Below are positions 12,206 to 25,100 of a DNA stretch of 34,825 nucleotides, piece after piece. A program made the position numbers and the translations under genes. Position 1 is the first letter of the stretch; each line of letters opens with the position of its first letter. Where the stretch lies: the NCBI GenBank assembly GCA_003990765.1, contig RBNJ01000267.1:1-34825 (forward strand). The letters run 5' to 3'. This DNA comes from Jimgerdemannia flammicorona. Lineage: Eukaryota. Under the pieces are notes generated by a model that was not told the origin of the DNA, did not search any database, and saw nothing but the letters and a program-made list of their open reading frames with translations.

Positions 12206-12429
12206 GATAGAGGATAGTTTAGTAGAATTCTATTGATATTCAATAGCTATAAGGATAGTAGTAATAATCTTATTCTTAATTTATTTTAGTGTCTTTGCTG
12301 AGTACTTATATTATATATATAGATTATCTATATAGGATTATTTGGATTATTTATACTTCTCTTCATCTGATGTATTCAGAAGTATGACTGTCTTTTAGAA
12401 ATTCCATCAGAATTTTCATTATACTAAAT

Positions 12430-14820
12430 ATTTATATTGAGTTACTACTTCTTCTATATTTAGCAAAAGGTTATCTTCTTTTTCTCAAATAGTATCATAC
12501 TTAGGATATCCTTTCTATTTTATGAGATAGTATTAGATGAGCTTGGTAGCTCATCTAAATTGGTAGTCATTGTGATCTAAAATATAATTGACTTTATATT
12601 CTAGTTCTTGATTAATAATAATTAGATCTGAGAATAGTATTGTTCTTTCTTCAAAAGTATTCTTAGTATATAGCTAGAGTTAGAATATATGAAACACTAA
12701 GTAGATCTTTTTTAGAGTTGCTAAAAGATCTAACTTATATATAATAGAACTATATTTTTTCAAGATCTTAAATGATCTAATATAGTAGAGTCTAAGTTTT
12801 TTCTTTAGTTCTATATTTTCTAGAGTCAAGTACTGTGTGTTGAGTAATATCTGTTTATCTTTTTTATACATGACTTCTCTTTTATTTTTATTAGTATATA
12901 CTACTTGTGTTCTTTGTACTTTTATAAGAGCATCATATATTTACTAGATAGTATCTTATATAGTATTAGTAACTTTCTATACTACTAATATTATTGCTCA
13001 TATGACAGGTATAGGGGTTCAGGAATATTATCTATAGTTCAGATAGAATAGAGTCATTTTTATACTTATACTTATACTATTATTATATGTAAATTTGACT
13101 AGAATTAATTTTTTATCCCAATTATTCTACTTATAACTATAGTAGATACTAAATATCTGCTTTAGAGTTTGATAGATTTGTTTTGTTTAACTATCTATCT
13201 ATAGATAATAGATAGTAAATATCTTGAGTTTTACTCTTAGTTCTTTAAAAAGTATGTTACTTATAAATTTTGCATCTCTATTAGAGATATGTAATTACTA
13301 ATAGTAATCTATAGAGATAAAATATATTATCAATAAACAATTATACTATTTCTGATATTATTATAGTAGTGGTTATTGTAATGAAGTAAGTCTGCTTGCT
13401 GAGATGATTAATAAAGACAATGATCACATCTCTTCTCTTCTTTGTTTTTAGCAGTTAGATAATAAAGTCTATTCTGATATAGTTTTAATTTTGGATAATA
13501 ATTGATAGTAGCTATAGTATTTCTGCTAAGGCTTGATTACTAGACTTATATCTCTGATAAATATTGTAAGATACGATGTAGTTTTTGATATTAGCTATTA
13601 TCTTGAACTAATAGAAATCTCAGACAATATATTAATATATCTTGTCAAATTCTATATAACTAACTATAGATATATTATATAATTCTTATAAGATTTGCAG
13701 ATAGATAGAAGTGTGGGAAACTCAAATCCTTATATTGTAAAAGTACATATATTTGTTTTGAATAGAAATATTCTTATATATCTTTATAATATTGCTTCCT
13801 TCTTTAAGGATTTGTATGATAATTTTTTATATATTGATATCCTTGATATACTCTTTCTTAACTTCTTCAAATAGGTTAGTAGTGATGTTATTAATTACTA
13901 TAAGGTTATTCTTCTGAGTACTTTAGGAAAGTATATCAGCTACTTTATTCTTAGTACTAGTAATGTATTTGATTTCAACATCAAAGAGTATAAGAATCTG
14001 TATCTATCATACTTGTCTTTCTCTAAGGATCAGTTATATATGAATATATTATAGAGTTTGATGGTCTATTCATAAGGTAAATTTCTTACTAAGAAGAAAA
14101 TATTTCTATAATTATAGAGATTAGATAATAGTAAGAAGTTCATTATCTTATATTGTATAGTTCTTTTTATACTTATTTAGCTTCTGAGATAGATATGTGA
14201 CTGGGTGTTAATGCTGGATCAATATAGCTTCAATAGTAATATTTGAGATATCTGTAGTAATAGTAAAGAGTTCTGTAGAGTCTGGGCTGATTAGGATTGA
14301 TATATTAGTCAGTATTCTCTTAAGGATATTTATTACTATAGTGTATTATTTTATTTATTCTTTTTCCCTTTTGCAAAGACTTGTGAGTGAGGAGGTAATT
14401 GCTGAGAATTCTTGAATAAATCTTTAGTAGTATTCAGCTAATCTATAAAATTTTTATAAAAACTTGAGGGTCTTTAGAATAGACTAGTTGTAGATTACTT
14501 CAGTTATTTTGAGATTAATAGTAATACTATTAGCTGAAATAATATATCTTAGATATTTTATTTCCTTTTTGAAGAAGTAGTATATTCTTCTCAAAGTATG
14601 TTAAAAACCATCTGTAGATATTAACAGTAAGTAGTACTACTTATACTATATATTAGAATATTATTTAAGTATACTAGAATGAATACTTTAAGGTATTTTT
14701 AAAATATATTATTCATTAGTATCTAGAATATTGCTGGTGCATTAGCTAAAAGGCATTATATAGAATTTATAATATTCAAATCTTATTCAAAATACTGTCT
14801 TTGAGATGTCTTCTTCCTTC
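12430..14820 (-). mobile_element. Degenerate chromovirus (Ty3/Gypsy) pol: RT C-half, RNase H, integrase, chromodomain
   Basis: Minus-strand remnants EEDISKTVF, MPF..NAPA.F, VYLNNILIYS (YLDD), TITTDISN, NKVADILS, integrase IDFI..L, and chromodomain YLIK*KGYPKYDTI*EKEDNL at ~12470-12530; many transition-derived stops. Confidence 0.85.
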
Positions 14821-14824
14821 TCCA

Positions 14825-17214
14825 TTGTGGGTGGCTCAGTAGTACACCATTGTCTTTCTATATTTCATTATATAGTACTAGTGATCTTGAGAGCTGTGAC
14901 TATGCTTCATTGACTAGTCATGATACTTCTTGAGTTGGTTTTGGTAAATAGTAGTAGGGATGATTGTGTCTGAGAGTTTTCATAGCCAAAAGGTGGTCTC
15001 TTTTATATCTTACACAAGATAAGATCCTTCCCACTTAGGCTCCAGTTTTCATAATCATGAAGCTTCTACTATATTCAATATACCAGGACCTTGTCTCTTA
15101 TCTTGATAATCTTCAGAAGCTTGTGAACCTTTTCTGCATTATTCCACTATAGTGCCTGTACCTTGGTTATATAATCCTTAGCCTTCTTTCTGATTTGATA
15201 TAGTCTCTGTATTTCTCTATTCATATATTTCCATATAGCATTCTCATTGGATGATAGGGTTTCTTGAGAACTTTCTTCTCTGAACAGTATTTCCCAAGGA
15301 GTGAAATGGGTGCTTTGTGATCAAATATCCCAAAGAGCAGATACATAATACTATTGGTAGATAGTGATCCCAGTTTTTGTAGTTATTACAGATCTTGATG
15401 ATATTATTCTTGAGAGTCTTGTTGGTTCTTTCTGTCTGTCCATTTTCTTAAGAATGGTATGCTGTAGTCTAAATATACTAGATCTTATATCTCTTATAGA
15501 GAACCTCAAAGAACTAGTTCACAAATTCTGTTCCTCTATCTGTGGTTACTTATATTGGGGTCTTGAATTAGCAGATAATTTCTTTGTGAAAGAAATCAGC
15601 AATTGACTGTATATTGGCTTCCTTGAGGGATCCTGCCTCTATCCATTTTATGAAAAGGTCTATAATGACAATGATGTATCAGTTGCTAGTCAAAGTCAAG
15701 GGTAGAGGGCTAATTACATCTATTGTAATGTGAACAAATGATACCAGTTCTATGTGTACTAATCCTGGGACTTGATTTCATTGATCTTGTTTCTGTTTCT
15801 GGTATTTGTCACAGGTCTTGACAAATTATCTGATATCTTCCTCCATTCCTAGCCACCATATTATTCTTCTTGCTTTATTATATATATTCATTCCTCCTAG
15901 ATGGCCAAGTTTATATACTGATTTCATTACTTGCTTCTTCTTGTGTTCTGGTATAACTAGTAGCTTTCCTTTCTTCAATGTTTCTTCATCAGTTTCAAAT
16001 TTTTTCCATTTTCTGTTGATAATCATTTGTATCTATTCTTCCAGATATTGGGACATCTTTCACTGTTCTAGATAGATGATAATTCCATAGTAGAGCTCCT
16101 TATTCATGATTGATTTGCTGGTTAGGGGTCCTTCAATTCTGACTTCAGTGACTCTCCCTATTGTATAGTCTTGTGAGTATCTGGCTATCTAGTATTACTG
16201 AGCATAGATGATCTTCTGTATCAGGTCCAGGACTATTGATGATGAGTAGATGGTCAGGGCTATTTCTGGGTAGATTCTTTTATAAAAGTTACTTCAGCTA
16301 CTTGATCTCTAATAGTGGTAGTATAATCTGCAAGGATTATCTGATATCAGATTCTGGTATAGAATATGTTTGGATCCTTACTAATTTCTTAGCATGTTAT
16401 ATTGAGCTGATTCTTCAGTATCTGCTTGATCTCATCTATGTAGTATGTGGCTCAGAGCCAGGTCTTCTGTGCTGCTAGTATAGCATCATCATCATTTCTC
16501 ACATAGATTATAGCTATAAATACTGCTCTTGCTAATCCTCAGAGACTGAAGGATATGAGAGTTACTTGCCACCTTGCTGTCAGGCCTCTTATAGTGGCAT
16601 ATTGCTTGAAATCATCAATGAAGGTGATGATTGACTCATCTGAAGTATAACTGTAGAATACTGGTAGTCTTATATCTATCTTGTCCAGATATCTTGGTTT
16701 GATTTATATAGTTGTTCAGATGGTAGCAGTTGTTTGTTGTTCAGCTTGAAAGTGAGGAATTCATCTTGAATCACCAGTCAATAGGTACTAAGTTGTAATG
16801 TAGCAGATGCTTAATCTTGGAAGTATATCAGATTTCTGTTTCTTGAAAACTCAATCTTCTTTGACTCTACAGAGTTCTCAAGATATAGAGGTGGGTGAGT
16901 TTAAAGTATATCTACCCACAGGCTTATTAGTTCCTTTACTTTCTCTTTGCTTTGAACTATTTTGATCTGAGGATTATTCACTCTAGATACTGGAGATATT
17001 TATATAAGTTTGCTAGCTATAAGGTAGCTAAGTTATAACTATGTTTCTTGTAAGTCATTTTCTACAAGTATAGATCCTCTATATCTGTAAAATCTCTATA
17101 ATCATGAAGATTCTATATCTGTAGAATTTCTATATTTGTAAAGTTTCTACATTTGTAAAAACATAACTACTATTTATAAGGCTATACTATATCAGGAATT
17201 GGGTTCAGATACCA
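14825..17214 (-). mobile_element. Non-autonomous Ty3/Gypsy-like element encoding Gag capsid fused to integrase, without PR/RT/RH
   Basis: Gag (RLPVFYSYTSDESIITFIDDF...FYTRI...YPEIAL, ~16690-16200) runs into the integrase zinc domain (GHLGG...WWLGMEEDIR*FVKTCDKYQK), the core (IDVISPLP, TDRGTEFVN, NGQTERTNKTL) and GPY/F (KLEPKWEGSY). PBS-like TGGTATCTGAACCC at 17214-17201. Confidence 0.75.
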
Positions 17215-17269
17215 TGATCAAATGTCTAATTCTCCTGATTAATGTTACTAATTCAGATCAGCTTTCATA

Positions 17270-18400
17270 CTAGATATAATAGTTAATTTGTATATTGATT
17301 TTCTTATTAAGATAGTTCTCTGGGTATAGTGACAATTTCATATAATGGTCTTGTATAGCACAATAATCTCTATATAGTATGGCAATCTTCTTATATACAT
17401 ATAATAGTCTAGCAATTTAGTAGTTTTCTTCTTGAGTGATAGGTAATTTTGGTATAGTATAATGATCTTCAAAAGTATGCAATTTCTGACATAATGATCT
17501 TAGTAGACTTCTTTATATGGACTTCTTGATTTGATACAGATTCTCCTGAATCAGTGGCTTATTGAGAATAGAGAATGGTACAGATTCTTCTAAATTGAGC
17601 TCACTGGGAATAGATGAATAACTCAGATAGTACAGATAACTTGAATAACTCAGACAATGTAGATTATTCCTAAATTGACAGACTTCTGAGAATAGCAGAT
17701 AACTTGATAACTTAGATAATGAATTCTTAACAAGTTATATCAAGACTGACTTCATTTGTATAGAGTTACATCATAGACTGGCTTCACTATAAAGTTGCAT
17801 TAAATAGACTAGCTTTATTTATATAGAGTTATGTCAATAGACTAGCTCTACTGCAAAGTTGTATCAATAGACTGGCTTTGGTGATAAGATGGTAGACTTC
17901 TTAAAAAAGAGTGACTTATTCCTTAAGTAGCAGATTACTCAAATGGTGGCTCTTCCTTGAGTAGTAGATTTACTCAAATTCTTCAGGCTTATCTAGTAAG
18001 TAAACTAAGATTTTATATCAGAAAGAGGACTGGAGTAGAAAGGAAATGCTGTTACTTTAGATTCAAATTTAGACTGAGGTTTATTTACTCTTATCTCTGG
18101 AGTATTTTATATATTATGGTTGCTATCTGGTTGCTATCTGAATAATTATAGATTTACTATCTCTGATAATATTTAGATATATCCAAGGACATAAGTGTAT
18201 CCACAGGACATGAGTGTGTCTGTAGGATATAAGTGTGTCTAAAGGATATGAGTGTATTCACAGAACATAAGTGTATCTACAGGACACAGATAAACAATCT
18301 CAATTTGGTATCCTGGCTAATTATAAGTATGGCAGACATGAGTAACTATACTATACTGAGAGTTTATATCATCTGGCTATATTATACTATTTGCTTGTCA
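17270..18400 (-). repeat. 3' LTR of the dUTPase Gypsy element
   Basis: Homologous to 26083-27505. Starts TGACA at 18400 on the minus strand, preceded by a PPT-like AGTAGGGG and a 14-bp hairpin. Left boundary approximate. Confidence 0.8.
18175..18290. repeat. 19-bp tandem array (~6 units, GAGTGTRTCYRCAGGACAT) in LTR U3; also present at 27279-27394
   Basis: Direct reading in both LTR copies. Confidence 0.85.
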
Positions 18401-21400
18401 TATTAGCCCCTACTGAAGAATAGTCGGCCTCAGACTATTCTTCAGTCATTATCCTAATAAGCATAAGCAGCTTCTGCATCTATACCTGTTCCATCATCAT
18501 CACTATCTATACTACAGTCACTCTATTCTAAGGACTTCTCTTCTTTCTTGGGGAATAGGGTCTCAACTTAGTGGATGATACTAAGATAGGTAGATATGGT
18601 TATCTTTTGGAGATCATTCAGGAAGAACTGGGTCTGAATTGAGGCTGAAGGATTCTATTTATAGATTGTATATAGTCTTTCTACAGCAGTAGTATTCCTT
18701 TTGTTTAGGCCAGTGGTGTTGCAGACATAGGTCAGGTCTGGGAGGGGAAAATTCTATAACTATTCTCCAATTATATAGTAGACCTATAGCTGGCAGACCT
18801 GGAGTAATCTCTTGGCCAGGGTGAGGTTTTCTTGATGAATCCAGATTCTTTGAAGATATGTTCCATTGGGTTCTTGAAACTGTGGCAGAGGAACTGGTAG
18901 AGCTTGGAAGAAACTGAGGATAAGAGTCTGGTGGCAATTGTCAATTCACTGATTCATAGTATGGGAAAGGTATATTTTGAGGCAATTGATATATACTGAT
19001 ATCCTCAGAGTTTATCTATTTATACTTCTTAAATAGATACTAGTTCCTCTGGTATTATATATAAGATAGAGTTCTTCTCATTTGAGCTCCAGTTTGACAG
19101 CAAAGTTGTTTTGATTATGCTTCTCCAAACTAGTACTTGATCTCCAATTTTGATCTTCTGATCTTTTGCTTCTGATCATAGTACTTCTTTTGTCTTTCTT
19201 GGACTTTAATAATCTGAACTTAGGCTTGATTATATAACTATTCTGTCTTCTTAAAGAGGTCTCTGAGGTTATCATAGTCAGTAGTTTTGATTTCTTGGTA
19301 AATATTATTTCAAAGAGCTTTTGTTTAGTGAAGGCAGTAGAGATGTTCCAAATTTCCCATAGAATCTCAGATAAGCAGAGGTCCCAGTTGGTAGAATTGA
19401 CTTGGACAAGTTCTTTCTTGATGGTCTGGTTCATTCTTTCTATTATACCATTGATCTGAGAGTGATATAATGTGGTCTATTTGAGGTAGATCTTGTGGAT
19501 TCAGATATAACTTATTATTATGTTGTTAATGAATTCTGTACCTCAGTTAGAGATAAGTTCTTTTAGGAGTCTATATCTGAGTGTAAGTCTATGGAGAAGG
19601 CCTACAATAATCAAGACATCTGTGATTTCTATTAGGAAAGTCTCAGGCCACTTAGTCAGATATTCTACAAATATAAAAATATACTTATTTCTTCTTGGTA
19701 TAACTGGTAGGAGTCCAATTACATCTACTCACTATCTCTAAAAGATATTGTCTGATGATATGATTGATTATAGTGGTACTTGGTAGTTCTTTCTTTCTTA
19801 GTACTTCTGACAGATATCATATTTCTAAAGTATATTCTAGACTTATATTCTGAGATTGGGCCAATATTAGTAAGTTGTTTGCAGCTTTTCTTTTATATTT
19901 ATCTGCCCTTAGTGGACTTTCTGATGTTCTTTTCAGATGAGATCTTCTTGTGCCTTGATAGTTAGAGAAGCTTTATTTAGGATATAGTTCCTCAATATAC
20001 CTCTCTTCTGATTCATTGAGGTTGGTGAAAAAGTACATCAACATTGTTGTAAGCTTTTTCTGCTTTATAGATGATAGTAACTTAGTAATCCTGAAGGATA
20101 AGAATCCAGTAGGCTAGGATTCCAGTGGATTTCTTATAGTTAAATATCTATTTGAGGGCTGTATGATAAGTTATCAAGATGAATCTTTTTCCAATAAGGT
20201 AATGCTTGAACAGAGTGACCACCCATATGACTGTAAGGCATTCCAGTTTGGTGCTACTATAGTTGATTTGCTGCTGATTGGTTGCCTAGCTTATATAAGC
20301 TATAATATAGTACTATTGATCACATCCTTCTTAGACTAAAACTGCTCTAAGACCATCTTTGGAGACATCTGTGTACAAGATGAATGGTTTCTGTAGATTG
20401 AGATATATAAGGATTGGGGCTGTAGTTATGTAATGCTTGAGTTTCTTGAAGGCTTTCTCTTGTAATTCTGTCTATTTGTAAGGTACTTCTTTCTTGAGAA
20501 GGATTCAGATTAGGGCAGCAATTTGGGCAAAGTTCTTGATAAACCTTCTATAGTAGGATACTAGTATCAGGAATGATAATATTTCCTTTGAGGTCTTGGA
20601 TACTGGCCAATTGTTGATCTTCTTAGTTTTCTTTAGATCTGTATAAGTTTCTTCTTTTGAAATTATTAATCCAAGGAATTCAAGTTTCTGTTTCCCAAAG
20701 TAGCATTTTTTGGCATTAAGTCTCAGGTGGTTCTTATGGGTGAGCTTGAAAAATTCTTTTAGATAGTGCAGGTATTCCTTAAAATTTGCTAAATAGATAT
20801 TGGAATTGTTCATATATACAATTAGACAGTAGTGGATCAGGGAGATATAGACCAAATTCATCATTCTCTGAAAGGTAGGGGGTATATTGCAAAGTCCAAA
20901 GAGTATTCAGAGATATTCAAACAGTTTTCCTAGAGCAAGAAGACTGTTTTCTAAATGTCTTTGGGATCCATAGAGATCTTATAGAATTCTGTGAAAAGGT
21001 CCATACTGCTAAAGTATCTGGTATCTTATAACTGGTCCAAAAGATCATCAATTCTAGACAAAGGATAGACATTCTTTTCAGTTACTGAATTGAGTTTTCT
21101 ATAGTCTATATAGAGTCTCCATCTATCTTTTTTTGATATGTACAATAAGTATAGAGCTGGCCCAAGGGCTTATAGAGGGTCAGATGACTCTATTGTCTAA
21201 GAGTTCTTAAATGTACTTCTTTTCAAATATCTTTAGGTGATGGAGTATTCTATAGGATTTCTGCCAAATAGATGTTGCCTTTCCTGTATTGATACTGTAG
21301 TAATATGATGAGTTATATGGCAGATTGCCATAGTCTGTGGTAAAGATATCTTGATATTTATTGAGGAGTCCAACTAATTGTTATTATTGCTGGGGTGTTA

Positions 21401-21782
21401 ATTCTTCTCCAATGTTAGTGGAAGGCTTTACTATCTCTTGGGTTACAGAGGGGCCTTTTATTTCTTCTGAGACCTTTTGCTGTTTCCTGATAAGTTTAGT
21501 TCATAAACTTCTCTATGAGTTTGGTTGAGAAAAGGCACCAGATATCCTATGATGGTTCCTTTTAACAAGATGATGATTTCCCAACTCTGGTTGATTGCTT
21601 GGGAGTATACTGGATTCATCTTATCAGAGCTTCTATGTTCAGATTTTGGATATCTTTATTGGGTTCAAAGAAGAGATTTCTGGGATTGGGTGGTACAAAG
21701 ATTTCAAAGGTGGTTCACTCTCTAGACTCCAGAATGAGATTTCTGTACAGTTTGAATAGTTGGTTAGAAGACATTTTTTCTT

Positions 21783-22190
21783 ATCTGAGCTTTCAAATTC
21801 TTTGGCTTGCCTTATTCCTTCAGTTAGTTTGGAGACTTCTTATAATTGTAGGGTCTTGACTTTCATGAAGACTGCTTGAGCAATCTTGCTCTCTAATAAT
21901 TTGGTGTCATTTTGTACTACTGTTATGCAGAATAATCTTGATTTTGTTTATATATTCAGGGTCTATAGTTTTTCTTTCTATGGTTATTTCTTGTCTGCTA
22001 AGCCCAGATCTTGAGGTTAGCTGGATATAAGTTCTTTGGGATGGCTGTATAGCTAGTCTGGTTCTGAACATCAGTATTCTTCCAGACATAATGGATTTAT
22101 CCTTCAGACTATAGAGGTCATACCCTATATCTTCTTGGTGAGCTTTGGTCAGGGGTTTGGCCTTGGGATATAGCAGAGTATACTGAGAAA
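21783..22190 (-). pseudogene. dUTPase domain within the Gypsy pol
   Basis: Motif I DIGYDL, II SRSGL, III TIDPEYINKIKIILHN, IV SKIAQ, V RQAKEFESSD (RxxxGFGSS with G>A changes); one frameshift and stops. Confidence 0.88.
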
Positions 22191-25100
22191 CATCTTTGCT
22201 AAGTTCAGGCTATCCTTAGACTGAAGCTCTACTGGCAGGAAGTCTCCAAGCTCTGAGGTTGAGGTGTGGCCATCTGGCTTCAGTAGAGAGATCTTAGAGA
22301 TAATTGATTTCTCTTTTTCCTATAGGGTCTAGGGCTTCTATGAAGTTGGTGGCATCCTCTATCCATTCTTGGCAGGTTGTATATCTGATAAGAGCTAGGA
22401 TGTCTTTTTTCAAATTATAGATCTTAAGAGTTCTTCTTCCTGATTTCTTGATTTGGCTTTTTCAGATTTGATCTCTATTATCTCCTCTCTTTAAGGTGTG
22501 AATTGCAACATCCTGGCTGAGGTAAATCTTCTAATATCTGCAGTCTTAGTAGTCTGAGTATCTTCCATAGTTTCAATATCCCATTACTCAAAAATGCTAT
22601 TCCTGGTTATTGATTTCTTATTACTTTGGAAATCAGTATCTATCTTAATCATAGGTTGGGGAAAGGGTGGCCAAGAGATATACTTCTGTTTGGGTAAAGA
22701 GACCTTATCCTCTAAATTGGCTTTGCAACTTAGTGGTGACTTCTTAGAAGGTGGTTAACTATGTAACTATAGTTGGGAGTTCAAATCTTCAGAGTCTCTG
22801 TCTTTCTTATTGATCCAGTAGATAGTACTGATAGTAGTAGTCTTGGAGAGAGTAGAAGACCATTTGATATAGATATTTTCTTAGCCTGAAGGCTCTTTCT
22901 TGGTGAGTTTCTTACTTGGAAATAATGGGGATTATGCTGGGTCCTTCCTCAACATTCCAAGGGTCATTGTCTTCAGGTGGTATCCAGTGAGAGTTATCCC
23001 AGGGAATGAGTTCAGGAACTTCTTCCTCTTTGGGTATTTCTTGTTTAGGAATCTCCTGTTCAGGGGTTTCTTCTTCCTCAGATGATTCTTGACCCCAAAT
23101 TGCTTATACTTCTGCAGCTTTAGCTGCAGGTATCTTTGGAACAAATCTGTATTTCTTCTTCTTTCTTCTGCACTCAGGGTAGGCTACACCAGGCGAATTC
23201 CTTGTCTCAATGATCTTGAATGAGTGCTCAGAGCACTTGTGTCTCTTGAGGCAGGTGGGGCATTCTTTGATTTCTCCTGCAATGGCTCCAATTGTGATAG
23301 AGATAGTATTTCTGGTTCATATATTATCTTCTAGTCTATTATTCACTAGATTGATTTGGAATTGAGTCTGAGATCATTTCTATCTTCAGATTCTTCTTTC
23401 TCTTCTGTGGTAGATTCTTTACTACTAACATATTCTTTCTGAATAGTAACCTTTTTCTTCTTCAATTGCTTATAGCTGGTTATCTTAACTCTGTACTTCT
23501 TATCTCAGTAGTCAAACTTGAGCACTTGTTGACTAATATCAATAACTGCATTCATTTCCTTCATCCAGTTGGTGCCAAGGATTATGTCATAGGTGACAGC
23601 TTCAGTGACAACAGCTTTTGGGATAGAGAACTAAATATATTCAAGAGAAATAGTAATATTTCATACTTCTTCAAGAGATTGAGTTTAGGCTTCATCTGCT
23701 ACTATGATGCTGAAGTTAGATGGTCCATCAATGGGCCATTGGAGGGTGTTCAGAAATTATTTGGCAATAACACAGATAGCTACTCCTATGTTTATGAGGA
23801 TTTTCACCTTTTGTCCTCTAATATCTCTATATAGATAGGTACTGACATATCTTTCTGCAGTCTGGATAGGGGTGAGAACTGGTTCCTACTATGGGATTGA
23901 GACTTGGCCAGTGCTAGACCTGATAGTTCTCAGCAGTTTGTTTTAGACTCTAGCTGGTGTTAGTTGTAGGAACTACAGGAGAGAGCCTTCTATATTAAAT
24001 TCTTAAATCTTCTACTAGGCTTCATTGTAGATGTCTCTGGATATAGTCTTCAGGGTGTACTTCTTTTTGGGCTTTAGGGCAGTAGGTTCCTGTTCTTCTT
24101 GCTCTATTTCTTCATCCTCTAGGGGTAGCTTATTTGTTTTAGAGACAAAAGATAAGAGAGACCAGAGAGGTGTTTCTACTTGCTCCTCTTCATATTCTTC
24201 ATCTTCTTCTTAAATTCTTTTACTAGTATTCCTAGATGGTCTTTCTATAGGTCTTTTCATTTTCTCTACTGGGTAAACTGTCTTTCAGGTAATGACTTTG
24301 GCTAGGTACAAGTCCAGATCACTGTAGTCTTTACTATTGCTTTCTCTTTCAAAATCTTTAACAGAGTGAGCCTCAGTCTTCTTGTACTGAGTATCATTCC
24401 TTCAGTTTAGTAGTTCTGAGTCTTTTTGGTCATTTCTTTTATTATTACATTCAGTGATATAGTGTCTGAATTGTCCACAGTGAAAGCATTGGACTTAGGC
24501 TCTATTCTAGACAGAGTATCTTCTTTCTTCTTATTAGTAGCTTCTGTTATCTCTAGGTAGGTAACCTTGATTCCTCTGTAGTAGATATTCTCTGTTATCT
24601 TATTGATAACTCCAATTTTTATATATGGTGAGTCTTTTAATCTATCCAACCAATTTGTCTAACTTGGAACTAAGGTCTTAAATTTTGCTCCTTCTTTCCT
24701 TCTTTGGCTGACTTTCTTTCTTCAGATCTTTCCTATTCTTGAAGAAGTCCTTATAGAGCTTTGACCAGGGTGTCTTCTTTCTTATTCTTCTTATTATAGT
24801 CACTCCAGATTCCTTGTCTGATATCAAAAAATCCTTGGGCTATATCTACTTGTTTCTCAGACCTTCTGATGTCTAAGATGCTAGAATTCCATTCATGAAG
24901 GTTATTGGACCTATGATGTCTTAGTTGGTAGTATTGAATCTGACTATATGTATTCTCTTCTGGATTCTTATAAAGAAGGCTCTGGGCAATTCTCCAAAAT
25001 TCATCTTCATTCTTATGATGGATTCTTGAGCCTTATGGCAGATCTCATTTTCTGTATACTTCTTGATAAGCCAGTGGGTTATGGCTTAATAATCTGCTAG

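Noticed and set aside
18175..18290. 19-bp repeats as a CRISPR-like array
   Set aside because: Head-to-tail units without unique spacers, inside a eukaryotic LTR, and no cas genes.
18412..18446. Hammerhead ribozyme (CTGAAGA box)
   Set aside because: No GAAA core after the stem on either strand; it is a simple hairpin.
2329..22190. Functional link between NTH1 (base excision repair) and the TE-borne dUTPase or the hypermutated block
   Set aside because: NTH1 is a universal housekeeping gene acting on oxidised pyrimidines; proximity alone is not evidence.
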